From a virus (lineage: Duplodnaviria > Caudoviricetes), in the IMG/VR virus record IMGVR_UViG_3300037455_000100, positions 1 to 64,000 of that record: a DNA stretch of 64,000 nucleotides; one strand, given 5' to 3'. This document shows positions 17,647-27,724 of the stretch, one piece after another; the stretch's first letter is position 1, and each line of letters opens with the position of its first letter. The notes below the pieces were generated by a model, which searched no databases, was not told the DNA's origin, and was given only the letters and a program-made list of their open reading frames with translations. Both the position numbers and the translations under genes were made by a program.

Positions 17647-18399
17647 ATGGACTACAAAGAAGAATATAATAAAGCTCTTGAAGTAGCTAAAAAGTACCAA
17701 GGTAAACATATAATACTTACCGAGGGTGTGATAGAAGAAATGTTTCCTAAACTTAAAGAAGCTGATGACGATGTAACAAGAAGAGAGATTATAGGATTTA
17801 TTAGAACTCATCGCACTCGTATATTAGAATCAATGTTTAAAAAATGGATTACTTGGCTTGAAAATCAAAGCCATAAATGTCCTACTGAGTGGTCAGAAAA
17901 AGATAAAACAATGTTAGATAATATAATCAATATAATTGATAGTAAATATTATTTAATATCTGGCTATAAAGAAATGATTTATTGGCTTAAATCCATTAAG
18001 CCGCAATCTAAACAAGAACCTACTCCTATTGTAAGTATTGCTGAAATGAATGGTGAGAAAGGTATAAGATTGTGTGTAGGTGATATTGACTTATTTATTG
18101 AAGCTCACGACCTAGACGAAGACGGCAAGGAGTTCAAATGGGATGCCGCAATGACACGTCTCAAGAAGTTGGGCAAGCGCACTTTCGACAAACACGAAAT
18201 GCACCTCATCGTCGCCTACAAAGACCAAATCAATGCCGCTCTCCGCGAGATTGGCGGTAGAGAACTTGATTATTTCTGTTGGAGTTCCACCGAGTACAGT
18301 TCCATCATCGCTTGGTTCGTGAACTTCAATAGTGGCATCATCTACAACACCTACAAGTATTACACTTACGTTGTCAGGCCGTGTGCCGCGTTTATTTAA
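17647..18399 (+). CDS. Mosaic protein with C-terminal C-type lectin (DUF1566/Lcl-C-like) domain; DGR-target-like
   Basis: C-terminus WSSTEYS...AWFVNFNSG...Y.VRPCAAF. Confidence 0.75.
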   Translation: MDYKEEYNKALEVAKKYQGKHIILTEGVIEEMFPKLKEADDDVTRREIIGFIRTHRTRILESMFKKWITWLENQSHKCPTEWSEKDKTMLDNIINIIDSKYYLISGYKEMIYWLKSIKPQSKQEPTPIVSIAEMNGEKGIRLCVGDIDLFIEAHDLDEDGKEFKWDAAMTRLKKLGKRTFDKHEMHLIVAYKDQINAALREIGGRELDYFCWSSTEYSSIIAWFVNFNSGIIYNTYKYYTYVVRPCAAFI

Positions 18400-18425
18400 C
18401 TTTAGACTTTTTTCTCATAAATTGA

Positions 18426-18710
18426 ATGGATATGAAACTAATAGACAAATCCGCTTTAGTGGCAGAGATAGAGAAACTTGTAGATAAATGTGAGTATCAC
18501 GAAAAATCTGATTGTGATTTTCAGGAGGGAATAAACTACGCACTTGATGAACTTAAAGGAAAAATCGACACCCTAGAAGTGAAAGAGGTGGATTTGGATA
18601 AAGAGTACAAAGAACTTCTTAAGGAAGACCCCTTTTACAACAAGTTAGTAAACGATATTGTCGGTAAGGCCATTGCCCGACATTTCTTTGAACTTGGTTT
18701 AAAATTATAG
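18426..18710 (+). CDS. Hypothetical protein (paralog of C-terminal half of 21058-21687)
   Basis: Shared IDTLEVKEVDL...IAxHFFELG. Confidence 0.65.
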   Translation: MDMKLIDKSALVAEIEKLVDKCEYHEKSDCDFQEGINYALDELKGKIDTLEVKEVDLDKEYKELLKEDPFYNKLVNDIVGKAIARHFFELGLKL

Positions 18711-18835
18711 AAAGTTAAAAGTTAGGACTTATGAATACAATCGGAATTATCCTTTTAGTCCATTTCGGAATTGGATTTATTTTAGGGCTTGTTACTTGCC
18801 ATGTTGTGACAAATGTATAAATAAAAAAAATAGTT

Positions 18836-19261
18836 ATGATTGCAGAAGATTACGTTTCATACGAGACTGCACGGCTTTTGGAAAACAAGGGGTTTGATGA
18901 ATATTGCAACCATGTCTATGGAGTAATATGTGGTAATATAATATTATATCCTGGAGAAGAGTTGTATACAGATTATGTTTCAGTGTTATGGAATAATGCA
19001 AGTATTAAAAAGCATGTTAAAAACAGTGATAAAGTAGAATACTTTCTTACTCCAACTCTTCAAATGGCGATGAAGTGGTTAAGAGAAGTGCATAATTTGC
19101 ATATAAATGTATTTGTAACTTGGAGGAATAAAATTCCTCATTATAATTGGAGTATAGATAATCTAATAACACAAGACACCATATACGATACTCCTTGCTC
19201 AGAAAAATATGAAGAAGCTTGTGAAGCAGCGATAAAGTACTGCCTTGAAAACTTTGTGTAA
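18836..19261 (+). CDS. Hypothetical protein (paralog family A)
   Basis: EDYVS.ETA.LL..KGF...TLQMAMKWLRE...EAAIKYCLEN. Confidence 0.7.
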   Translation: MIAEDYVSYETARLLENKGFDEYCNHVYGVICGNIILYPGEELYTDYVSVLWNNASIKKHVKNSDKVEYFLTPTLQMAMKWLREVHNLHINVFVTWRNKIPHYNWSIDNLITQDTIYDTPCSEKYEEACEAAIKYCLENFV

Positions 19262-19278
19262 AATTGAACTTATAAAAG

Positions 19279-19617
19279 ATGAATAGAATACTTAATTTAG
19301 GAAAGGTGAAACTTGTTATGTATGATAACGGTTTCCCAAAAGGATTTATCCTCAAACGTCGTGCAACATTGAGAGAATGCCGTTACATTATGTATGAACT
19401 TCTTGGTATTGTTATTTGCAATCGTAATGATTTTGAATACCAAGAGGACTATAAAGATTACAACAAAAAACTCTGTGATGATGTCGATGATTGGTTGGAA
19501 GGAAATCTCGATGAGGATGGAATTGCACAATACGCTTATGACTGTGCAGATGAGCAACTCGGTATGCATAATATGCTAATCATCACATCTTATCTTCAGA
19601 AGAAAGGAATTATATAA
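19279..19617 (+). CDS. Hypothetical protein
   Basis: 112 aa ORF in operon. Confidence 0.6.
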   Translation: MNRILNLGKVKLVMYDNGFPKGFILKRRATLRECRYIMYELLGIVICNRNDFEYQEDYKDYNKKLCDDVDDWLEGNLDEDGIAQYAYDCADEQLGMHNMLIITSYLQKKGII

Positions 19618-19625
19618 GGTATCGT

Positions 19626-20033
19626 ATGATTACAGAAGATTATGTTTCGTTTGAAACAGCCAAATTACTAAAAGAGAAAGGTTTTACAAGTGTTTGGTGT
19701 ACCAAATACTATGAAATTCCTTCAAGTCCTAACAATAAATTTCATCCATTAAGAAATAGTGCTTTACCAAAGGATTATAATTTTGGTGATTTATATTGCT
19801 CTGCTACAACACTCCAAATGGCTATGAAATGGTTGAGGGAAAACTATAGTATCCATATTATGGTAAACTGTATTGGTTCGGAACGCTATGAGCCAACAAT
19901 ACAGACATTCAGCGGCAAGGATTATGAAATCGAGGGTGAGGTTGTGTGGGTGGATGGCATAAAACGTGGTTTCAAAACCTGTGAACAAGCTATTGAAGCA
20001 GCAATTAAATATTGTCTAGAAAATTTAATCTAA
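19626..20033 (+). CDS. Hypothetical protein (paralog family A)
   Basis: Same motifs as 18836-19261. Confidence 0.7.
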   Translation: MITEDYVSFETAKLLKEKGFTSVWCTKYYEIPSSPNNKFHPLRNSALPKDYNFGDLYCSATTLQMAMKWLRENYSIHIMVNCIGSERYEPTIQTFSGKDYEIEGEVVWVDGIKRGFKTCEQAIEAAIKYCLENLI

Positions 20034-20097
20034 ACTTATAATTCAATTTGAATTAATTAATTAAATCGTAATATTGAATCAATTAAATAATAAAATT

Positions 20098-21045
20098 ATG
20101 GATTATCAAGAAAAATTAAGATTAGCAAAGGAAGCATTAGACTCTGGTTCTTATGATAAGGAGACTATTGAATATATTTTCCCTGAACTCAAAGATGAGA
20201 GGATAAGGAAGGAAATTCTTCAACTCGTAAGCATTTCTGGCAATGGGAATCAATTTGAAAAAATTAAAGATTGGCTAGAAAAGCAAGGTGGGAATAATAA
20301 GTGTTCACAAGTTTTCACTTTTGATGATGTGCTAGCTTTGCAATGTGCAATGGCTAACGCAGAAGATTCCGATGAGAAATTATATCATGCACTTCAAAGC
20401 TTGCACGACAGGATACATGATGCTTATCATAATGAAAAGCAAGGTGAACAGAAGCCTATTGATAATGTTGAACCAAAGTTCAAAGTTGGAGATTGGATTA
20501 CTAATGGCGCTTGCATAATTCAAATTACTTCAATAGATAATAAATATTATTGGCATGATGGTGATTGTGTTGGAGGTGATATTGAATCTATAGATAAAGA
20601 TTATCATCTTTGGACTATCCAAGATGCAAAGGATGGTGATGTGCTTTTTACATCTTCTACGGCAAGTTTTGACACTTTTGTATTCAAAAACATAGATGAA
20701 AATAACAATGTAAAATGCTATTTTGCTTATGATTCTGAAGACGGATTTAGAGAAGGAGAATATCATTTTATTGGTAGGGCGGGTTGTAAACCAGCAACTA
20801 AAGAACGGCGCAACCTCTTATTCAAAAAGATGAAAGAAGCAGGCTACGAATGGGATAGTGAAAAGAAAGAATTGAAGAAGATTGTGGAGAACTCTGATTG
20901 GAATAAAGAAGATAATGAACAATTAGTTAAAATAGTAGAATGTCTTAATAATTACGGAAATATTCTGCCTGATATAGAAGCATATAAAGTATTCAGATTA
21001 GCTGATTGGCTTAAATCTATTAAAGAAACAATAAAAGAAGAATAA
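20098..21045 (+). CDS. Modular hypothetical protein
   Basis: Likely start MDYQEK; EPKFKVGDWI and HLWTIQDAKDGDVL modules; N-terminus resembles that of 17647. Confidence 0.7.
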   Translation: MDYQEKLRLAKEALDSGSYDKETIEYIFPELKDERIRKEILQLVSISGNGNQFEKIKDWLEKQGGNNKCSQVFTFDDVLALQCAMANAEDSDEKLYHALQSLHDRIHDAYHNEKQGEQKPIDNVEPKFKVGDWITNGACIIQITSIDNKYYWHDGDCVGGDIESIDKDYHLWTIQDAKDGDVLFTSSTASFDTFVFKNIDENNNVKCYFAYDSEDGFREGEYHFIGRAGCKPATKERRNLLFKKMKEAGYEWDSEKKELKKIVENSDWNKEDNEQLVKIVECLNNYGNILPDIEAYKVFRLADWLKSIKETIKEE

Positions 21046-21057
21046 ACAGATAATAAT

Positions 21058-21687
21058 ATGAGAAAACCAAAAGTAAATTGGAATAGTAAAGATGTTTTAG
21101 AAATAATAAAAGACCGTTCTCTTACTATTCAACAAATGGCTGATAAACTTGGTATATCTTATTCTAGTGTAGCACATAAAAGAGCAGAACTTGGACTAGA
21201 AAGGATATGTCCAGTCGGATTGGACCACGCATTAACCAACAAAGAAACAAAAGCAAGATATAATGCTAAAATTAAACTTATAGGATATAAACCATTATAC
21301 ACTACAAAAGAATGGTACATCAAAAGAAAAATGGAATGCAACAGAAAGGAGAATGATATGAAATACATTAACGCAGAAAAACTGAAAGTCGAGATAGAAA
21401 GGAGAATTGCTGCATACCAAAAGAATTTTGACAAGGCTGACAATAAGATTGCAAGATTATCTATCGATGGACGCACGGCAGGTCTAAAAAGTTTACTTGA
21501 TTTTATCAACACACTTGAAGTGAAAGAGGTCGACCTGAAAAAGGAAATAGACAATATTTGGAATCCTCGTTTTAATCTTGGATGGGATGAAAAATCCTTG
21601 TTATCAATAAATCACGAAGGATTTACAACCATTGCCGAACATTTCTTTGAACTTGGCATAAAGCACAGAAAGGATGATTGTTTATAA
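21058..21687 (+). CDS. HTH-containing protein fused to a paralog of 18426
   Basis: LTIQQMADKLGISYSSV HTH; internal Met MKYINAEKL begins the paralogous half. Confidence 0.6.
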   Translation: MRKPKVNWNSKDVLEIIKDRSLTIQQMADKLGISYSSVAHKRAELGLERICPVGLDHALTNKETKARYNAKIKLIGYKPLYTTKEWYIKRKMECNRKENDMKYINAEKLKVEIERRIAAYQKNFDKADNKIARLSIDGRTAGLKSLLDFINTLEVKEVDLKKEIDNIWNPRFNLGWDEKSLLSINHEGFTTIAEHFFELGIKHRKDDCL

Positions 21688-22090
21688 TGATTATTATGAT
21701 GCAATCGTTTTTGTAGATAAGGAACTCCCATTTACATCTGTCGGTAGTTTCCAAACCTACGAAAAGGCTTGTGAAAAAAAGTGTAGAATTTTGTTTAACA
21801 AATTTAATAAAGCAAATATGAAATCGGAATATAATTGTGGTGACATCTTGTTTAACGAGTCAAACAACAAACCGTTTATCCACGACGGAGAAATAACCGG
21901 TGATGGTCTTGGTGTTGTGATTGGTTTTGCACACCACAGAGACGAACTCGTTTTGTATAGAACGAGTGGAAAAGGTAACTATCAAGTCAATCCATCTGTT
22001 GTCCATAGAAAGACAACAGAAGCAGAAAAACAGTGGTTGATAAACCAGATTGCCATTGCAAAGAATATTCCTTTTTATAGTTGTATATGA
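21674..22090 (+). CDS. Hypothetical protein
   Basis: 138 aa ORF, possibly mosaic. Confidence 0.5.
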   Translation: MIVYNDYYDAIVFVDKELPFTSVGSFQTYEKACEKKCRILFNKFNKANMKSEYNCGDILFNESNNKPFIHDGEITGDGLGVVIGFAHHRDELVLYRTSGKGNYQVNPSVVHRKTTEAEKQWLINQIAIAKNIPFYSCI

Positions 22091-22161
22091 TTGAAGAAGA
22101 TTACATCGGTTTTGATTTTTAAACCCAGCGACAAGGTGAAACTCATAATTGCAAAGGAGGA

Positions 22162-22602
22162 ATGGTTATGAAAACACAAGAATTAATGATTGGTGATTGG
22201 GTGTTATGGAACACCCACCCAATGAAAGTAATGATGATTGGCAGCAGAATGGTGAAGTTGTACAATGAGGACAACTCCATCGAGGATGACGAAATCAATC
22301 CAATACCGCTGACTGCGGAGATATTGGAGAAGAACGGCTTCCAGAGATGCGAAAATGAGTGGTATTACTTTAAGTATGATGAAAATGGAAAAGTATCACT
22401 CTACCAAGGGTGTTACTCTAAGTATAATAAAAATGGAAAAATACTACTCTACCAAGTATCGTGGGATGTTGACGACTTGTATTTGGAAATAGCCTCTTAT
22501 ACCTCACTCACTGGAGAGTTCAATCGTATGGGTGTCAGGTTCGTTCACGAACTCCAGCACGCTTTACGGCTGTGTGGCATTGAAAAAGAAATTGAACTTT
22601 AA
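22162..22602 (+). CDS. Hypothetical phage protein
   Basis: ELMIGDWV...PIPLTAEILEKNGF...VHELQHALRLCGI. Confidence 0.7.
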   Translation: MVMKTQELMIGDWVLWNTHPMKVMMIGSRMVKLYNEDNSIEDDEINPIPLTAEILEKNGFQRCENEWYYFKYDENGKVSLYQGCYSKYNKNGKILLYQVSWDVDDLYLEIASYTSLTGEFNRMGVRFVHELQHALRLCGIEKEIEL

Positions 22603-22615
22603 GGAGGACTGACCT

Positions 22616-22825
22616 ATGAGACAGATGATGTGCAAGTCGGCTTATGAGAAGCTTGTGAGAGAAGACATAGCGTGGCTTGACAAGACGATGGCAGAAACAA
22701 ATCCTCACTCTTTGGAGGGAAAACACTTACGAGACATAGCAATATGTTCTGTGTGTCTTTTATATGGAGAAAAGATGGAGGATTTGTGCCCAAATCCGCT
22801 GTGCAAACACTACAAGGAGGACTGA
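22616..22825 (+). CDS. Hypothetical protein
   Basis: 69 aa ORF in operon. Confidence 0.55.
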   Translation: MRQMMCKSAYEKLVREDIAWLDKTMAETNPHSLEGKHLRDIAICSVCLLYGEKMEDLCPNPLCKHYKED

Positions 22826-23062
22826 ATGATGAAAACAAAAATTAAGATTGTACGAAGAGAGTTTTTTCACGATGGTTGTTACTACGAAGTCTATGACACA
22901 TATCATGGCTTCACGGGTATGCCGTCAACATGGCCATTTTTAACGAAATGGGTACGCGACAAGGTTGGTATGACCGCAAATGAAATGCTGAACTATATGA
23001 GGTCATATTTAACCACTGTTGGCAAAGTTAAGGTAATCGTTAAATACGTAAGGCAATGGTAA
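22826..23062 (+). CDS. Hypothetical protein
   Basis: Abuts upstream stop. Confidence 0.55.
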   Translation: MMKTKIKIVRREFFHDGCYYEVYDTYHGFTGMPSTWPFLTKWVRDKVGMTANEMLNYMRSYLTTVGKVKVIVKYVRQW

Positions 23063-23253
23063 ATAAGGCAACAAACAAAAATCTCTGCTCCCGTTGCGGA
23101 GCGGAAATCGAAGAAGGTTATGAGTATGGTAAGGACGAAGAGCCACTGTGCGACGAGTGCTACTTTGATAACACTGAAATCTGCCCTGTGTGCGAAGGGC
23201 ATTTTGAGTTGGACAATGAAGAAGAATATTTCTTTATTACAAAAGAATCCTAA
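23056..23253 (+). CDS. Zn-finger protein (possibly truncated)
   Basis: CSRC, CDEC, CPVC. Confidence 0.55.
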   Translation: MVNKATNKNLCSRCGAEIEEGYEYGKDEEPLCDECYFDNTEICPVCEGHFELDNEEEYFFITKES

Positions 23254-23254
23254 G

Positions 23255-23419
23255 ATGAGACATTATTGTACACATTGTGATTTAGTGTGGCAAGGCAAAT
23301 TAGACGTAGAAGATAAAACAGTTATAATAAGTCCTCGTACAGATATAAAACAGAGTGATTGTGGTACTACTTTACCAAGTGTAAGAAGCATGGTAGTTAA
23401 TATAAACATAGAAGCATAA
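23255..23419 (+). CDS. Small hypothetical protein
   Basis: MRHYCTHC... starts 1 nt after previous stop. Confidence 0.45.
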   Translation: MRHYCTHCDLVWQGKLDVEDKTVIISPRTDIKQSDCGTTLPSVRSMVVNINIEA

Positions 23420-23425
23420 TTTAAT

Positions 23426-23463
23426 AAAAAAAGGAGAGATTAAATAGTCTCTCCTTTCCTTTT
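23426..23463. terminator. Bidirectional terminator between convergent units
   Basis: A-tract, AAAGGAGAGAT/GTCTCTCCTTT stem, T-tract. Confidence 0.7.
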
Positions 23464-23494
23464 AATAGTTATACAATTTGTTTCTTTCCCGCCC

Positions 23495-23662
23495 TTACAC
23501 GGCCACGGCGCGCCACTGCGAGAGCTCGCGCTGCGTGTTCTTTACGCCGTCGGCCTCGCTGTAGAGGTTGGGGCAGACCCCGCGCTGGAGCATAAAACCA
23601 AGCTCTGGTTTCAAATGACATTTCTTTCCATCCGAGGAAACAGTGATAACAATATATTCCAT
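23495..23662 (-). CDS. Small hypothetical protein (55 aa), possible fibre accessory
   Basis: MEYIVITVSSDGKKCHLKPELGFML...WRAVAV; GC-rich 3' half; not in ORF track. Confidence 0.5.
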   Translation of the reverse strand: MEYIVITVSSDGKKCHLKPELGFMLQRGVCPNLYSEADGVKNTQRELSQWRAVAV

Positions 23663-23676
23663 AATGCTGTGAAATT

Positions 23677-24660
23677 TTAATTTGTTATATGTTGTTTGTT
23701 CTTTGGTCTTGGGGTTACCTTAAACTCTACTCCCTTCTTTAGCTTATACTGCTCTGGATTATATATCAAGTAGTAGCCGTCCTTGAAAATGTGGCGATGG
23801 ATTCTTAATGATAAGGCTTTCTTGTTAAGGTTGAGAGCTTCCGATGCTTCTGAGGTATTGCTGAATGACCTGAGGATATTGCTATCCTGGTCAACCATAT
23901 CTATCTCAATCTGCATCAGTTTCTTTCTGTCTATACCAGCAAGGCTAAGATAGTTACAGATAGTAGAAGGGTGCATTTCTACAACCTTTGCTATTTCTGT
24001 AACAGGTAATCCTTGTTTGGCAAGACTGATGACCTTATCCATATCCTTATTAAGACTCCTGCTACCCGTACCTCCAGCTTTGGCTTTATTGAGAATAGTC
24101 CAGCCTTGGGATTTGTAGAGTTCTATATAGTAAGCTTCAAGTTCTTTGGCTTCTTTGACAGGAATGTAATCTGTCAGCTTCTTATGTATCGGTGTAAGAC
24201 CAGTAGTAGCCATGTACTTATAGACTGTTGAACGTCTTGAAGTTATATGGCAATTATGCCTTAACCGATAGTTGTAGGTTAATCCTATATAAGCACTGTG
24301 GTCTGGGAATTCATAGACATATATCATTCTATGTTTTCTATTGCCTAAAGGTTCCATATGAGCATAAGCCTCTTTTTGTATTCCCCTTCTTCTGATGCGG
24401 CTATACAAGACAGAGTTCTTTTCACTTAGTTCCTTTATAGTCTTATACTGTTTAACCTGTTCAAGAAGCTCAGCATTACTGACATTACAACCAGCATATC
24501 TGCTTGGATAGAGTTCATCAAGACAACCCATATTCCTCATTGCTCTATAATAAGAAGAGTGATAATCTGCTACATCATTCCGTAGCATATCAGTGTGTTG
24601 CTTTTTGAACTCTAAGCAGTCCTCATAAGTTATGTCTTTCCATGTCTTCATAAGCTTCAA
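23677..24660 (-). CDS. GIY-YIG family homing-endonuclease-like protein with C-terminal HTH/NUMOD modules
   Basis: MIYVYEF...AYIGLT...R...E...LN motif order; HTH VTEIAKVVEMHPSTI. Confidence 0.75.
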   Translation of the reverse strand: MKLMKTWKDITYEDCLEFKKQHTDMLRNDVADYHSSYYRAMRNMGCLDELYPSRYAGCNVSNAELLEQVKQYKTIKELSEKNSVLYSRIRRRGIQKEAYAHMEPLGNRKHRMIYVYEFPDHSAYIGLTYNYRLRHNCHITSRRSTVYKYMATTGLTPIHKKLTDYIPVKEAKELEAYYIELYKSQGWTILNKAKAGGTGSRSLNKDMDKVISLAKQGLPVTEIAKVVEMHPSTICNYLSLAGIDRKKLMQIEIDMVDQDSNILRSFSNTSEASEALNLNKKALSLRIHRHIFKDGYYLIYNPEQYKLKKGVEFKVTPRPKNKQHITN

Positions 24661-24703
24661 GATAAAGAGGATGTGCCTTTATAGACACACCCTCATTGAT
24701 TAT

Positions 24704-27088
24704 TTACTCAGCTTTGGTAATACTGAAACTGTAGGAATTATCTGAGCCAGACTTAGTAGCCGTAGCTGCTGATGCAATACCACTACTTACCAATGCAGTG
24801 CAAAGGTTGTTCACGGTAGTTCCCATTTCATCAGGACTTACCCAACCTTCAAGAATATTCATCTGAGTAAGACTTCTGAGAAGCTCTGTTGCATTACCCG
24901 GCATTACTGCACTAGTAGTAGCTGCGCAGCTTACAGGACTACTTGCAAATTTCTTCGTCTGGTCGTCCCAGTTCTGCGCCTGCATCGTGACGCCGGTGTT
25001 GCCGACCTGGTAGGTGGGGTTGAAGGCGGTGGAGAGGGGGACGAGGACGGGCTCGCCGACGGTGAGGTCGGGGCGGGTGTCGTACATTAAGTCGGAATAA
25101 GATTTCTTGAGTGCCGTTTCGGTCTCACACCAAAGATAGACGTTCTCCAAAAATGCTGCATGACCGTTATTCAGGTCAGAACCTGACTTGCTTCTGTCTC
25201 TGAATCGCAAAGCCTCGCCATTTGAGGCTGCGACGATTGCGCCAGTGTAGATTAAATGCACGTAGTCATACGGAGCCTTTGCATACTTGGCACATCCAAT
25301 GTTGGAGGTTTTCTTTGTATTGCCATTCGGCATGACGTGAGGATTGCTTCCTGCCGTAGTAATGAACAATCCAGCGACAGAGCTATGCACGTACCAACTG
25401 AGGTCGCCAAGATTTACCTTGCCACAAATAACATTTGCTGCGTCATTAGCAACATATATCACGTCGTGAGCTGTTCCTGCGCCCTTCATTTCTCCATCAC
25501 TCCAAACCTTCACATACTCCCCTTCCCCGTTCAGCTTACCATACACCCTGCCGACCTCCAGGCTCAGCAAACTCCTTGAGTACCCGCCAACCTCGTCGCT
25601 CGGCGTGCTGTCGTCCCACACCTGCCAGCAGGCGCAGTCCGCCAGGCTACCGCTCGACAGCGTGACTTGCATCACCACCGCATCGCCTTCGGGCACGCTC
25701 ACCTCGTAAACGCTTCCAGCCGTCACTTCGACCACCGCCACGGGCTGACCGCCCAGAGCCGTAGCCGCCACGCCGCTGATCGCCGCACCGTTCCGTGCCA
25801 CCACGCGATACAGGCCGTCGGCATTCTCCCATTCGTAGTACGGGCAAAGGGCCACGCCAGAGGTCGGGTCGAGCAAGTTCACGCCCGGCATCGAGCGCAG
25901 CTGCAGCACCCGCACACCGATAAGCTCACCGCCATTGTAGTCGTAGTCGTCGCTCAGACCCACCTTGCTGCCCAGCCAGCCGTACATTGCCGCCAGCGTC
26001 GAAGGTGCCGAGGTGGGGAGGGAGAAAACGAACGGGTTGCTCGATGTGCCTGCCCCGCTGCTATCAATCCCGAACGCCAGCGCCATATCAATCACGTTTC
26101 TCTTGGCCGACGCGCTGAAGTTCGCCCCGCCCACGAAGAACGCCGACGAGTACGAGTAGCTACCCTCCTCGCCGCTGCGCTGTACCGCCTCGGCATGCGT
26201 CGCCCTCACCTTATAATGAAGACCCGTATAGTTGCTCTGGTTCTCCTCCGTCACCGCAGGCACGAATCCCTCGCCCGTCACGGCCACCCTGCCCGTCAGG
26301 TCCGCCCCCGTCAGGAACTCCCTCAGGAACAGGCTCGGCATCGGCGTAGTACCAGCCGCGTTGGAGAATCTCTCCACCACCTTGCCGAAGAGGAACTCCA
26401 GCTGCGCCGCCTCCGTCGCCACGCTCGCGCCCCCCGCCATCTTGTCGTACAACTGGCTCCACGCCACGCCATCACCCTCGATGGTCTGCATCCGTGCCGT
26501 GCCGTTGCCAATCTCATTATTTGGAGCGGTAATGTCAAGGGTGGTCTGTTCAGTAACCACGTCTTCGGAGAGGATATTGACAGCATTTCCAGCCGTTAAA
26601 TCCTCATAGAAGCCGTTCTTCATAGCGAAATTGTTGTCAACATACCCTTTGATAACCTTGTTCTGTACAGCATTAGTAGAACTATCAGACATAGCTGTAT
26701 CAGCAGTACCAGTAGCTGTAACAGTAGTCCATACAGTTTCACCCTGTTCATTTAAAGACAATACCTGACCATTAGTACCAGATATAGTAGGATTGGTAAC
26801 TAAGTTACTTAACTTCTTACCAGAAACTATTGCTTGACCATTACTTCCTTTTGTAAGAATTTCACCTTCTGTTAAAGGATGTTCAGTATCTACCAAGTTC
26901 ATTTTACTATCAAGACTATTATCAATTTCAGTCTTGGTATAATAGTTACTCATATCAGCACCAGATTTAACCCACTTACCTTTAATATATACTTTAAGTG
27001 TAGGTGGATTGGTACTAGTGTCCATCCAATTTACATTTACATTAGGAGGAGCTACCTCACTAAATACTGTTTTATCAGTAATTTTCAT
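24704..27088 (-). CDS. Tail fibre / receptor-binding-like protein
   Basis: YYTKTEID and DTAMSDSSTNAVQNKVIK fibre-type segments; Gly/Ala/Ser/Thr-rich; start chosen at MKITDK, below a TATTTTTG promoter (27133-27126). Confidence 0.65.
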   Translation of the reverse strand: MKITDKTVFSEVAPPNVNVNWMDTSTNPPTLKVYIKGKWVKSGADMSNYYTKTEIDNSLDSKMNLVDTEHPLTEGEILTKGSNGQAIVSGKKLSNLVTNPTISGTNGQVLSLNEQGETVWTTVTATGTADTAMSDSSTNAVQNKVIKGYVDNNFAMKNGFYEDLTAGNAVNILSEDVVTEQTTLDITAPNNEIGNGTARMQTIEGDGVAWSQLYDKMAGGASVATEAAQLEFLFGKVVERFSNAAGTTPMPSLFLREFLTGADLTGRVAVTGEGFVPAVTEENQSNYTGLHYKVRATHAEAVQRSGEEGSYSYSSAFFVGGANFSASAKRNVIDMALAFGIDSSGAGTSSNPFVFSLPTSAPSTLAAMYGWLGSKVGLSDDYDYNGGELIGVRVLQLRSMPGVNLLDPTSGVALCPYYEWENADGLYRVVARNGAAISGVAATALGGQPVAVVEVTAGSVYEVSVPEGDAVVMQVTLSSGSLADCACWQVWDDSTPSDEVGGYSRSLLSLEVGRVYGKLNGEGEYVKVWSDGEMKGAGTAHDVIYVANDAANVICGKVNLGDLSWYVHSSVAGLFITTAGSNPHVMPNGNTKKTSNIGCAKYAKAPYDYVHLIYTGAIVAASNGEALRFRDRSKSGSDLNNGHAAFLENVYLWCETETALKKSYSDLMYDTRPDLTVGEPVLVPLSTAFNPTYQVGNTGVTMQAQNWDDQTKKFASSPVSCAATTSAVMPGNATELLRSLTQMNILEGWVSPDEMGTTVNNLCTALVSSGIASAATATKSGSDNSYSFSITKAE

Positions 27089-27230
27089 AACAAAATATTG
27101 TTTATATAGGTTAATAAAATTGGTGCAAAAATACACATTTTTATTCAATTAGCTCCTACTTTATAACATTAATTGTTTAACTCATACATAAATAACACAG
27201 TATTAAATTTATACAAAAACTAAAAATTAA

Positions 27231-27608
27231 ATGATATTTTATAGTATTAAACAAAAACTGCCTAGACCTAATTCTAAAGTATATTTAAAAATAGAAAATA
27301 TACATACCTATGAAGCAGGATATATATACGATGGTACTAATTTTAGACGATGTGTATTTGAAATAGGTGAAATAGTGCCTACGGATAAAATACTATATTG
27401 GGCTTATGATGTTAGTAATATTTGGCATAATAGTAGTGAAGAACAACCTGACGGTAAACATGTAGTTGTAGCTTATAATACTGAGTGTAATACTGGTATG
27501 GTTGCTCACTTTATAAGCATTAAACCTAATTATCGTTGGGCATATCTTGAAGATTTAGACTATGAATTTAAAGAAGATAAGTTAACAAGTGATAGTAATG
27601 AATTATAG
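27231..27608 (+). CDS. Hypothetical protein (DUF551-like WAY motifs)
   Basis: YWAY and RWAYLEDL. Confidence 0.55.
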   Translation: MIFYSIKQKLPRPNSKVYLKIENIHTYEAGYIYDGTNFRRCVFEIGEIVPTDKILYWAYDVSNIWHNSSEEQPDGKHVVVAYNTECNTGMVAHFISIKPNYRWAYLEDLDYEFKEDKLTSDSNEL

Positions 27609-27724
27609 ATTTTACAATTTTATTGAAAAACCAATGATTGCAACTGCTGCAATAGCAATTATATGTTTATTAACCTTAATAGTAGCAGGGATAGTACACT
27701 GTTTATTATATTAAAACAAACATT

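Noticed and set aside
25256-26609. Several long alternative-frame ORFs (for example 25667-26599 +)
   Set aside because: Shadow ORFs caused by high GC inside the fibre gene
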